From assembly GCA_016209005.1 (NCBI GenBank), contig JACQWZ010000109.1, positions 1-27,836 on the forward strand: a stretch of 27,836 nucleotides of DNA, written 5' to 3'. This stretch comes from Candidatus Kuenenbacteria bacterium (lineage in GTDB: Bacteria > Patescibacteriota > Patescibacteriia > UBA2591 > PGYQ01). The stretch's first letter is position 1, and every line of letters begins with the position of its first letter. This document shows, piece after piece, positions 9,405-17,794 of this stretch. Below the pieces are notes generated by a model. That model searched no databases, was not told the DNA's origin, and saw only the letters and a program-made list of their open reading frames with translations. Made by a program: the position numbers and the translations under genes.

Positions 9405-10655
9405 TTAAATGTTTTTATAAACTTTTAGTGTTTCTTTGGCGCATTTTTCCCAAGAAAATTCTTTAGCTCTTTTAAATCCTTTTTCAATTAATTTAGTTCG
9501 TAAATTTACGTTGTTTAAAATTAATTCCAAGGCTTCGTTTATTTCTTGTTTTTTATGCGGATTAATTAAAATAGTTGATCCGGCTGTTATTTCTGGCAAA
9601 GATTCAATATTAGAAGTAATTACTGGTATTTTTTTTGCCATTGCTTCAATGACTGGCGTGCCAAATCCTTCATGAAACGATGGGAAAACAAACGTTTTTG
9701 CTTCGGAAAATAAACCGTTTAAATTCTCTGGACTAATATAACCCGTAAAAATAATTTCGTTTTTATAAGGAGAGCGCAAGGCTTTTTGATAAATTTTTTT
9801 AGCTTCCCATCCTTCTTTGCCGGCAATAACTAATTGGTATTTTATAGCGGAATTTTTTTGAAATAATTCAAACGCTTCAATCAATGTTTTAATATTTTTT
9901 CGCGGTTCAAGAGTGCCTAAAAATAAAATATAATTTTCTTTGATCTTATATTGGTTTTTAATTTTTTCTATTTCTAATTTTGGAAGTTCACTGAAGAGTT
10001 CTTTGTTGATTCCATTGTAAATCACTTCTATTTTATTCGCGGGAGTTTTAAATATTTTTATTAAGTCTTGTTTTATGCTTTGAGAAACAGCGATAATTTT
10101 TTTTGCCCTTTTTAAAGCATTAGGCGTTATCACTTTAACATTTAAAAATTGACCGGGCGGAAATAATTTTGGGAATTTATAAATACTTAAATCGTGAACA
10201 GTCACAATTGAGGGCTCATTATATGACAGGGGTAAATTTGGGGTGGGGGAATGCCAAATATTAAGATTTTCTCTTTTTAAAAAAGCGGAAGTTAAAAAAT
10301 GAGAATAAGCGATAGGTAAAAATTTTTTATATTGGCTAAAAGGAAAATATTTTATTTTTACCCAAGGTTTTGAAAATTTTGTTATATTTTTTTCAGCTAT
10401 TTCTTTGTCAAAAAATAAAACATACTCATTTTTTTCTTTATCCAGCATCTTTTCAGAATATCCCACAGTTTGCTGCGAAGATGAATGGATATTATATAAA
10501 TCTTTCTCACAGGATTTAATACCTTGTAGAAAGGCGCGGGATTTGTTTTCAAGACTAATCAAATGTTTTACCAATTGATAAGTATAGTGGGTTATTCCCA
10601 CCAAATCGTCTTTTTCCGGGTTTAAAATTGTTCGACAATCAATGCCTATCCTCAT
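9405..10655 (-). CDS. GT4 (group 1) glycosyltransferase with a ~35-aa internal insertion
   Basis: Motifs MRIGIDCR, TVHDL, VIYNG, FLGTLEPRKN and FVFPSFHEGFGTPVIEAMA (EX7E). Confidence 0.93.
   Translation of the reverse strand: MRIGIDCRTILNPEKDDLVGITHYTYQLVKHLISLENKSRAFLQGIKSCEKDLYNIHSSSQQTVGYSEKMLDKEKNEYVLFFDKEIAEKNITKFSKPWVKIKYFPFSQYKKFLPIAYSHFLTSAFLKRENLNIWHSPTPNLPLSYNEPSIVTVHDLSIYKFPKLFPPGQFLNVKVITPNALKRAKKIIAVSQSIKQDLIKIFKTPANKIEVIYNGINKELFSELPKLEIEKIKNQYKIKENYILFLGTLEPRKNIKTLIEAFELFQKNSAIKYQLVIAGKEGWEAKKIYQKALRSPYKNEIIFTGYISPENLNGLFSEAKTFVFPSFHEGFGTPVIEAMAKKIPVITSNIESLPEITAGSTILINPHKKQEINEALELILNNVNLRTKLIEKGFKRAKEFSWEKCAKETLKVYKNI
10437..10544 (-). repeat. In-frame coding repeat element, GT4 copy (KSRAFLQGIKSCEKDLYNIHSSSQQTVGYSEKMLDK)
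   Basis: Aligns without gaps to DnaE 23791-23868 (59/78 nt) and DnaE 25420-25527 (65/108 nt), counted by hand. Confidence 0.85.
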
Positions 10656-10773
10656 AAGAAAATAGCTTTTAGCTGTTAGCTTTTAGGGAAAAATAAAATA
10701 TGTTATACTAAGTGTAACATAGAACAATAAAAATACAAGAATAATAAATAGTTAAAATTTAAAAGTGCAAAGT

Positions 10774-10889
10774 CAGGAGTTACGCACTATTAATGTGCAT
10801 TTGGCTAATATTAGCTAAAAATGAAAAATTAACAAAAATTCAATTTTCGTTAACTTTAGCCATTTTTTGATTAAACTGCGTAAGTCCTG
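10774..10889 (+). mobile_element. 116-bp MITE copy 3
   Basis: Same TIRs, with direct AAAGT flanks. Confidence 0.95.
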
Positions 10890-11091
10890 AAAGTGTAAAG
10901 TCACAGTTTTGAGTTAAAAGTTTACCCATTCACTTTTTGATATTAATTAAAAAATATTTATTATTTTATTATTTTAAAATTATTTTCAGAAAATTTAAAA
11001 AGTGAGGGGTTTAATTTTGTCCGTCAGCTGGTGGATTTAACTTTGAATTTTTAACTTTAACTTTGAACTTTTAATTTTAAACTTTTAACTT

Positions 11092-11207
11092 CAGGAGTTA
11101 CGCACTATTAATGTGCATTTGGCTAATATTAGCTAAAAATGAAAAATTAACAAAAATTCAATTTTCGTTAACTTTAGCCATTTTTTGATTAAACTGCGTA
11201 AGTCCTG
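11092..11207 (+). mobile_element. 116-bp MITE copy 4
   Basis: Same TIRs, with direct AACTT flanks. It shares a TTCGTTAAC variant with copy 3. Confidence 0.95.
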
Positions 11208-11269
11208 AACTTATCTTTTATTCGCGTTAATAAATTAGTGGTTGATTTACTCATTATTAATTTTAATCT

Positions 11270-11764
11270 ATGGCTATTACTACAAACAAACACGCTTATC
11301 ATAATTATCAAATTTTAGAAACCTACGGAGTAGGAGTTGTTTTGACTGGACCAGAGGTTAAATCAATTAAAAAGGGGCAAATTAATCTTAAGGGAAGTTA
11401 TATTTCTTTGGATTTTAGAATTCCGGAAAAACCTTTCTCTAATGTTATTTCAAAATATTCTCTCCCCTTTGTGTGGCTAACTAATTGTCATATTTCACCA
11501 TATGCTCCAGCAGCTGGAGCACAACAAAATTATGAACCAACTCATTCCCGAAAACTTCTTTTGAAAAAGAAAGAAATTAAGTCTTTAATCGGTAAATTGA
11601 AAACCCCGGGCTTGACATTATTGCCAATAAAGGTATATACTAAGGGCAAGATAATTAAATTAGAAATTGCTTTATGCCGAGGAAAGAAAAAATACGACAA
11701 AAGAGAGGATATTAAAAAAAGAGAAGTAAAAAGAAAAATTGAAAGAGCCTTAAAAAATTTCTAA
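11270..11764 (+). CDS. smpB: SsrA-binding protein SmpB (with a ~14-aa insertion)
   Basis: Motifs NKHAYHNYQILETYGVGVVLTGPEVKSIK, HISPY, RKLLLKKKEI and RGKKKYDKRE. Confidence 0.96.
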   Translation: MAITTNKHAYHNYQILETYGVGVVLTGPEVKSIKKGQINLKGSYISLDFRIPEKPFSNVISKYSLPFVWLTNCHISPYAPAAGAQQNYEPTHSRKLLLKKKEIKSLIGKLKTPGLTLLPIKVYTKGKIIKLEIALCRGKKKYDKREDIKKREVKRKIERALKNF

Positions 11765-11831
11765 ACAATAGCTTAATGACAAAAATTTTAAACTTTTTTT
11801 GTCATTTTGATTTTTGGATTTAACATTTTTA

Positions 11832-12242
11832 ATGAATAATTTTAATAAACAAAAATTAAATAAAATTTTTAAAAAAAATCAAATTGTTTTAGTTTATCTT
11901 TTTGGTTCAGAGATAAAAGGAACTTCTCATAAAGAAAGCGATATTGATATTGGCGTTTTATTTGGGAAAAAAGTAATTTCTGAAGATTATTTAAAGTTAG
12001 AAGGAATGTTAATTGGAGTTTTTTCTGAAATTTTTCCTAAAAAAGAAATAAATATTGTTAATTTAAATCAATCCTCGCCTCTTTTAAAACAAACAGTAAT
12101 TTTAGAAGGGAAAGCGCTTTATATTAGAAGTGAAATTGAAAGAATTTTATTTCAAATTCAAACGCTTCATCAATATGAAGATTATTTGCACTTAGATAAT
12201 ATTTATAATCAATTTTTGAAATTAAAATTAAAAGCTATATGA
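11832..12242 (+). CDS. Minimal nucleotidyltransferase antitoxin (MntA-like, type VII TA)
   Basis: VYLFGS-X9-SDIDIGV Pol-beta NTase motif. ATG at 11832 is preferred to TTG at 11814. ATGA overlap with the HEPN gene. Confidence 0.88.
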   Translation: MNNFNKQKLNKIFKKNQIVLVYLFGSEIKGTSHKESDIDIGVLFGKKVISEDYLKLEGMLIGVFSEIFPKKEINIVNLNQSSPLLKQTVILEGKALYIRSEIERILFQIQTLHQYEDYLHLDNIYNQFLKLKLKAI

Positions 12243-12658
12243 CGAAAATAATTAAAAAACAGCTTCAAGAAAAAATAAATAATCTTCTTGAAATTTATCA
12301 AGGATTAAAACAGCTTCAAAGATTTAAATTAAATGATTTAAAAGAAAATATTGAAAATATTTGGGCAGTTACTTTCGGTTTGATAGCAGCAATCGAAGCA
12401 ACTTTGGATATTGCTCAATATATTTTAGCTGAAAAAGGAGTAAAAAGCGAAAGTTATGGCCAAATTCCTTTTAAATTATTTGAAGAGAAAATAATTAATC
12501 AAAAATTTAAAGAAGAAATGCAAAAAATGATTGGATTTAGAAATTGCGCTATTCATAATTATCCTTCTTTAGAAGAAGAACACCTTTACGAAATTTTACA
12601 AAAAGATGTTGAGGAATTTAAAAAGTTTTTAAAGATTGTGGTAAAGTTAAAAGTTTAA
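12239..12658 (+). CDS. HEPN/DUF86 RNase toxin (HepT-like)
   Basis: GFRNCAIHNY contains the RX4H HEPN motif followed by Tyr. The gene is coupled to the upstream MNT gene. Confidence 0.88.
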   Translation: MTKIIKKQLQEKINNLLEIYQGLKQLQRFKLNDLKENIENIWAVTFGLIAAIEATLDIAQYILAEKGVKSESYGQIPFKLFEEKIINQKFKEEMQKMIGFRNCAIHNYPSLEEEHLYEILQKDVEEFKKFLKIVVKLKV

Positions 12659-12695
12659 ATTTTAATTTTAATAAAAATGAAAGGGGGTGAGAAAT

Positions 12696-12830
12696 ATGAG
12701 AGAACAAGAAACAGAGAGACAACAAGAAATATCTGATTTTAATATGTATGTCAAAAATAATAATTATAAACTAAAAGGTGGAGACCATGATACATTATTT
12801 TTATGTGATGAAAAAGGGAACAAATGGTAA
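12696..12830 (+). CDS. Possible 44-aa small protein (frame continues 24 codons past the TAA)
   Basis: Strong SD-like AAGGGGGTGAG just upstream of the ATG. No homology recognised. Confidence 0.35.
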   Translation: MREQETERQQEISDFNMYVKNNNYKLKGGDHDTLFLCDEKGNKW

Positions 12831-13548
12831 GTGATAAATACTGACATTACTCTACTAATGAAAGGGGTAAGAGAGATAATTGAAGGAGAAAAAAATAAAA
12901 ATTAAAAATTGGAATTTTATTAAAAATTAAAAATTAAAAATTTTCCTCACCTTTTGTTAGTTAATTTAAATTTGTTTTGGATTTATAATTTTGGTCATTG
13001 TGATTTATTTAGGATTTGGGATTTGGATATTGAAATTTACAAAATTTTCTTTTAGAAAATTTTGTTTTGGGGATGCTTATAATCGACGGAAAAGTTCTTT
13101 AAAAGTTAGCTATTTGTCTCGGCAAGACAAAAAATTAGCCAAACATAATAAATGCTAAATTTATTACACAGGTCAAAGAAAAAGTTCTTGCTTTTGTAAG
13201 ATCCTTTACTTTAACACCTGTTTCCGTTGTAGCTTAATTTTTTTTAATCTGCAACCATCCACCTATTGATGTCTAATAAATAGATCTGGATGTCATTTTT
13301 AGACTAGATAATTTTTTTCGTTTTAAATTAAATTATTGAAATTCATTAAGACTAGAATAAGCGACATTTGTTTATTTTTTTTGCTTATTTCGAAATTTAA
13401 AATAAACTATACTAGTAGAAGGCTTTTAAATATTTTTTCAGACAGGGGTGAAAATCCCCTCATCTCCACCAAAAAATAATTTAAGATTTAAGATTTAAGA
13501 TTTATAATTTTCTAAAAGCTAAAAGCTAAAAGCTAAAAGCTAATTAGT

Positions 13549-14565
13549 ATGAAATTTCCTCGTTCAAAAAAACTTATTTTTGTAAATAATAAAGGCGGGG
13601 TTGGCAAGACAACATTGGCTTTTAATTGTGCGGTTTCATTTGCTAAATAAGGATATAAAATAGCTCTCATTGATTTAGATCCACAGTGCAATCTTTCTCG
13701 CCTTGCTATAGGAGAAGAATATTATGCGAAAAATCTTTTTTCTGAAACAGAAAAAACAATATATGATGTTTTACGCGGAGTGATTGAAGGCGGTAGTGAT
13801 ATAAATTTTGCTATAAAATTTCTTCCAGTCAAAGCAGATCAAAACCTTTTTCTTCTTAAGGGAGATATAAATCTTTCAGTTTATGAGGGTTTGCTTTCAA
13901 CCGCTTATGGACAAGCTGCTTCTGGTCAGCCAATTGGATATTTTCAAACAAGCGCTATTGATCGTTTTTTAAGAGAAAAAGGATTAAGCGAGCAAATAGA
14001 TATTTTTATTATTGATACCTCGCCAAGTTTAGGACTTTTAAATCAAATGATTTTACTTGGGGCTGATTATTTTATTGTGCCAATGATGCCTGATGCTTTT
14101 AGTGTTCAAGGTATTGAAAATTTAGGGATTATGTATGAAAAATGGAAAATACAATGGCGAAACTCCGCCAAAGCTCTCGCGGGAAATATAGAAACAAAAT
14201 TTGTGCTTCAAGCAGATCCGCTTTTCACTGGATATATTGTTAATTTTTATAATGTTTATGGCAAACAACTAATCGCTGATCATCGCGCTTGGATGGAAAA
14301 AATTCCAGATAAAGTGCGGACATATTTATCTGAAAAACATTATCGCAATGGGCTTGTGCAGGAAAGCTGGAAAAAGCCATTAAATATTATTCAGGATTAC
14401 GGCAGAATTCCTTCTAAGTGCCAAGAACTTGGGGTTGCGATTTTTGATCTTAATCCAGCATTGATAGCCGATAACCAGCTTGGCACAAAAGAAAATATTG
14501 AAAAATCAAAAGAGGAATTTACCAATCTTTCAAATAATATTTTAAAAATTATTTCGGTATATTAA
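13549..14565 (+). pseudogene. ParA/MinD-family ATPase interrupted by an in-frame TAA at codon 34
   Basis: ATG 13549 encodes NNKGGVGKTT (deviant Walker A), followed by FAK*GYKIALIDLDPQCN (TAA at 13648-13650). This is the same frame as ORF 13780-14565, which carries IIDTSP. Confidence 0.9.
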
Positions 14566-14585
14566 ATTTTAAAGTTTTATTTTAT

Positions 14586-14969
14586 ATGCCATTATTATTT
14601 AAATACAAATGTAGCTATTGTGGAACAAGAGAAGAAAATAATAAAATTATCACGGGAGAGTGTGATTTTATAATTGAAGATGATGGTGGGTCGTGTATAT
14701 ATGTGAAGATGGGTGATAAAGAAAAAGCCCTACCACATCCATGCGAGGAATTATTAGCTAAAGAATTAACAGGAAAAAATTTAGACGAACTTTTAAAAGA
14801 AAGACGTGTTTTTTTTAAAGAAAATAGAATTTGTTTAAAATGTTTTAAGCAAGAATATGAGTGTAAATGTGAAAAAGCTGATTTTATGGAAATTAAAAAA
14901 ATAGAGGGCTTGAGATGCCCAAAATGTAAAGAAGGAATAATAGAAAAAATTCCAGCAGGAATTTCTTAA
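14586..14969 (+). CDS. Cys-rich hypothetical protein, probable zinc-binding
   Basis: Contains CSYC, HPC, CLKC, CKC and CPKC clusters. Confidence 0.75.
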   Translation: MPLLFKYKCSYCGTREENNKIITGECDFIIEDDGGSCIYVKMGDKEKALPHPCEELLAKELTGKNLDELLKERRVFFKENRICLKCFKQEYECKCEKADFMEIKKIEGLRCPKCKEGIIEKIPAGIS

Positions 14970-15069
14970 TTTAAAATTTTTACTTATTTTACAATTATTT
15001 ATAAATTTGATATTCTTAAAATATAATTTTTTTATTTTTCTAAAAGCTAAAAGCTAAAAGCTAATTTTT

Positions 15070-15249
15070 ATGAAATCTCAAAAATCAATCACAAAACGTT
15101 TTAGCAAAACTAAAACAGGAAAAATTTTGCATCGCGCTTGCGGGCAAGATCATTTTAACTCGCGTGAAAAAGGTAAAACAACTCGTGGTAAACGTCGAGA
15201 TAAGGTATTATCTCCAGCCTTTCAAAAAGCCCTAAAAAAACTATTTTAA
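15070..15249 (+). CDS. rpmI: 50S ribosomal protein L35 (59 aa; absent from the ORF track)
   Basis: MKSQKSITKRFSKTKTGKILHRACGQDHFNSREKGKTTRGKRRDK matches the bL35 pattern KRF-X2-T-X2-GK...H. Confidence 0.88.
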   Translation: MKSQKSITKRFSKTKTGKILHRACGQDHFNSREKGKTTRGKRRDKVLSPAFQKALKKLF

Positions 15250-15285
15250 TTTGTAGTTTGTTTTAATTTTTTTGAATTACACAAT

Positions 15286-15401
15286 GTCATTGCGAGCCTT
15301 GTACTCAAGGCGAAGCAATCTAAAATCAATATTAATTAAGATTGCGGAGCTTGTCCCGAGTAAATGCGAGGGATCCGCGTTCGCAGACTCCTCGCAATGA
15401 C
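15286..15401. repeat. REP-like palindromic element with GTCATTGCGAG / CTCGCAATGAC ends
   Basis: 11-bp perfect terminal inverted repeat, plus inner GCAATCT...AGATTGC arms. Confidence 0.85.
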
Positions 15402-15445
15402 GAAAAAACCGCATTTATAATTTCTAAAAGCTAAAAGCTATTTTT

Positions 15446-15991
15446 ATGAGAACTTATCGTAATAAATACGCCGCTTATAAAAGGCGCAAAAAATTTTATT
15501 ATAAAAATGAAAAAATATTTGCTCCGCAAGTTAGACTTATTGATGAACAAGGCCAATTTGTTGGAATTTTTCCAACCAGAGAAGCGCTTGCGATGGCGCG
15601 AGAAAGAGGATATGATTTGGTAGAAATTTCTCCCAAAGAAAATCCTCCAGTGGCGAAATTTTTAGATTTTGGGCAACTTCAATATGAAGAACAAAAAAAG
15701 AGACAAAAGCAAAAAATTAAATTAAAGACAGTGGAAACAAAAGGAATGAGATTAAGTTTTCGAATTAGTCAACATGATTTAGAGGTAAGATTAAATCAAG
15801 CAAAAAAATTTTTAAGCAAAAAACATAAAATAAAAATAGATATGAATTTAAGAGGAAGAGAGAAAAAGCACATAGATTTAGCTTTGGAGATTATGCAGAA
15901 ATTTATTGAGCAATTAGGCGAAAAGATTGTTATTGAACAACCAATTACAAGACTAGGCGGCAATTTATCCGTTTTAATAAAAGGAGAATAA
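15446..15991 (+). CDS. infC: Translation initiation factor IF-3
   Basis: Motifs NEKIFAPQVRLID, GYDLVEISP..NPPVAKFLDFG and LRGRE. Confidence 0.95.
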   Translation: MRTYRNKYAAYKRRKKFYYKNEKIFAPQVRLIDEQGQFVGIFPTREALAMARERGYDLVEISPKENPPVAKFLDFGQLQYEEQKKRQKQKIKLKTVETKGMRLSFRISQHDLEVRLNQAKKFLSKKHKIKIDMNLRGREKKHIDLALEIMQKFIEQLGEKIVIEQPITRLGGNLSVLIKGE

Positions 15992-15994
15992 TTT

Positions 15995-16828
15995 ATGCCA
16001 GAATTACCGGAGGTTGAAACAATTAAAATAGAATTAGAAAAAATTATAAAGGGTAAAAAAATAAAAAACATAGATATTAAATTGCCAAAAATTATCAATG
16101 TTCCACCCGCTCAATTTAAAAAAATTTTAATTGATTCAAATATAATCAATATTAAACGTCGAGCTAAAATTTTAATCTTTGAATTATCAAATGGATATAA
16201 TTTATTTATTCATTTAAAATTAACCGGTCAATTTTTTTATCAGTCAACAATTAACAAACAGCAACCAACAATAAAAAAAGGTCAGGTAATTTTTAATTTT
16301 ATTGATGGATCAAAACTTTTTTATAATGATTTTAGAAAATTTGGCTGGTTAAAATTAATGAATAATAAAGAAGCGGAAGAATTTTTAGAAAAGGAAAATT
16401 TTGGACCCGAACCCTTGAAGCAAGAATTTACTTTAACTGTTTTTAAAAAAATATTAGGAAAAAAGAAAAGAAGCAAGATAAAGCCTCTTTTGATGGATCA
16501 AAAATTTATTGCTGGAATTGGCAATATTTACGCGACAGAAATTTGTTTTTACGCTAAAATTAATCCATTGCGGATTATTTCAACTTTGCGAGAGAAAGAA
16601 ATTGATGAACTTTATAAAGGAATTAAAAAAATCCTATCAACAGCAATTAAGTTAAAAGGATCGTCAATAGACATCTATTTAGATATTTACGGACAACAAG
16701 GAAAATATATTTCTTTTTTGAAAGTTTACGATCGAGCGGGGGAGTTGTGTTTAAAATGTAAAACAAAAATTGAAGAAATTACACTTGCTGGACGCAACAC
16801 ATATTTTTGTCCCAAATGCCAAAATTAG
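15995..16828 (+). CDS. mutM: Formamidopyrimidine-DNA glycosylase (Fpg)
   Basis: MPELPEVET N-terminus, RRAK, HLKLTG, H2TH motif GIGNIYATE and C-terminal CLKC...CPKCQ zinc finger. Confidence 0.97.
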   Translation: MPELPEVETIKIELEKIIKGKKIKNIDIKLPKIINVPPAQFKKILIDSNIINIKRRAKILIFELSNGYNLFIHLKLTGQFFYQSTINKQQPTIKKGQVIFNFIDGSKLFYNDFRKFGWLKLMNNKEAEEFLEKENFGPEPLKQEFTLTVFKKILGKKKRSKIKPLLMDQKFIAGIGNIYATEICFYAKINPLRIISTLREKEIDELYKGIKKILSTAIKLKGSSIDIYLDIYGQQGKYISFLKVYDRAGELCLKCKTKIEEITLAGRNTYFCPKCQN

Positions 16829-16892
16829 CTTGGTAGCTTGTAGCTTGTAGGCAATCCTTAATTTCTAATTTGAAGAGCGTAGAACAATGTTT

Positions 16893-16980
16893 TTCTACCG
16901 CTTTTTAAAGCGGGTTGTGCGACTTTAGTCGCCAAGTTTACAGGCTAAAGCCTGTAAACCCGAACTAAAGTTCGGTAGAA
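16893..16980. repeat. Cluster of four REP-like hairpins with CTTTAG/CTAAAG-type cores
   Basis: CCGCTTTTTAAAGCGG, GCGACTTTAGTCGC, GTTTACAGGCTAAAGCCTGTAAAC and CCGAACTAAAGTTCGG, enclosed by outer TTCTACCG...CGGTAGAA. Confidence 0.85.
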
Positions 16981-17202
16981 ATGTTTATTCTTTTACAGTC
17001 TAAATTTTTAATTTCTTAATTTTTTTATTTTTATTTCTATAATATTTTTTTGACGATCGTCCAAAATGTACTATCGTTTTTTATTTTCTATCCCCCACCG
17101 TGTTAACACGGTGAATTTTAAATATTATAACTGCTCACAATCCACTCTTTTTTAATTTTTGACCTTTCTTATACTCCTCTATAAAAAACTTATCAAGCAA
17201 GA

Positions 17203-17430
17203 TCATAATAATTTTAAAAGTTCTCCTAAAGATAAATTGATTTTATTAAGAATATTTTTTAAAGTTCCCTTTCTTATTACTTTATGATTTGGAATAACTA
17301 TGGTTTCTTTTCCATAAATAGTCTTTTTTCTTAATTTAATATGACTTCCTCTTTGACTATAAATTTTAAAGCCTAATCTTGTTAAAATTTTTATTAATTC
17401 TTTTGCTGAAAAAACTGGTAATTTAGGCAT
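17203..17430 (-). CDS. hicA: HicA-family mRNA interferase toxin
   Basis: LGFKIYSQRGSHIKL...VIPNH...GTLKNIL dsRBD-like HicA pattern. Confidence 0.92.
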   Translation of the reverse strand: MPKLPVFSAKELIKILTRLGFKIYSQRGSHIKLRKKTIYGKETIVIPNHKVIRKGTLKNILNKINLSLGELLKLL

Positions 17431-17707
17431 ATTGTAATTTTTTTAATTTTTCTATTTCTATTGAAATAGGAACCATAAATTCTCTTTCAATAAAAAGGGG
17501 GATTTCTTCTTTTTCATCTTCTAAATATAATTTAATCGCCTCTTGTATATTTTTTATGGCTTCCTCAAAAGTATCTCCTTGAGAATAACAACCAGAAAGA
17601 GAAGGGACAGAAACACAAAATCCTCCATCTTTTTCTTTTTCAAAAACTGCATTAAAAATTAAAGATTTATTATTAGTTATAAATTTTTTGATTTTGTAGT
17701 TTTTCAT
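17423..17707 (-). CDS. hicB: Short HicB-family antitoxin, upstream of hicA
   Basis: EKDGGFCVSVPSLSGCYSQGDTFEEAIKNIQEAIKLYL HicB N-domain, with no obvious C-terminal HTH/RHH. Confidence 0.9.
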   Translation of the reverse strand: MKNYKIKKFITNNKSLIFNAVFEKEKDGGFCVSVPSLSGCYSQGDTFEEAIKNIQEAIKLYLEDEKEEIPLFIEREFMVPISIEIEKLKKLQYA

Positions 17708-17761
17708 AAAACATTCTATAAAATAAATTAAATTTTATTAATTTTTGACCTTTTTGATTGT

Positions 17762-17789
17762 ATTATATTCTTTTAAAAAATCTTGTCAA
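17762..17789 (-). promoter_or_regulatory. Sigma70-type promoter for hicB-hicA
   Basis: Minus strand TTGACA-N16-TATAAT, about 55 nt upstream of the hicB ATG. Confidence 0.75.
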
Positions 17790-17794
17790 ATTTT

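Noticed and set aside
11270-13500. tmRNA (ssrA) gene or integrase near smpB
   Set aside because: No tRNA-like GGGG...CCACCA ends and no integrase ORF were found.
7734-13650. Genome-wide TAA-to-Gln recoding
   Set aside because: argS, rpmI, infC and hepT end in TAA at positions expected for their families, and Gln is encoded normally by CAA/CAG. Isolated nonsense mutations are more parsimonious.
12240-17205. Genetic code 25 (TGA = Gly) as in Gracilibacteria/Absconditabacteria
   Set aside because: TGA terminates mntA (ATGA overlap) and hicA at the expected lengths, and long ORFs are intact under code 11.
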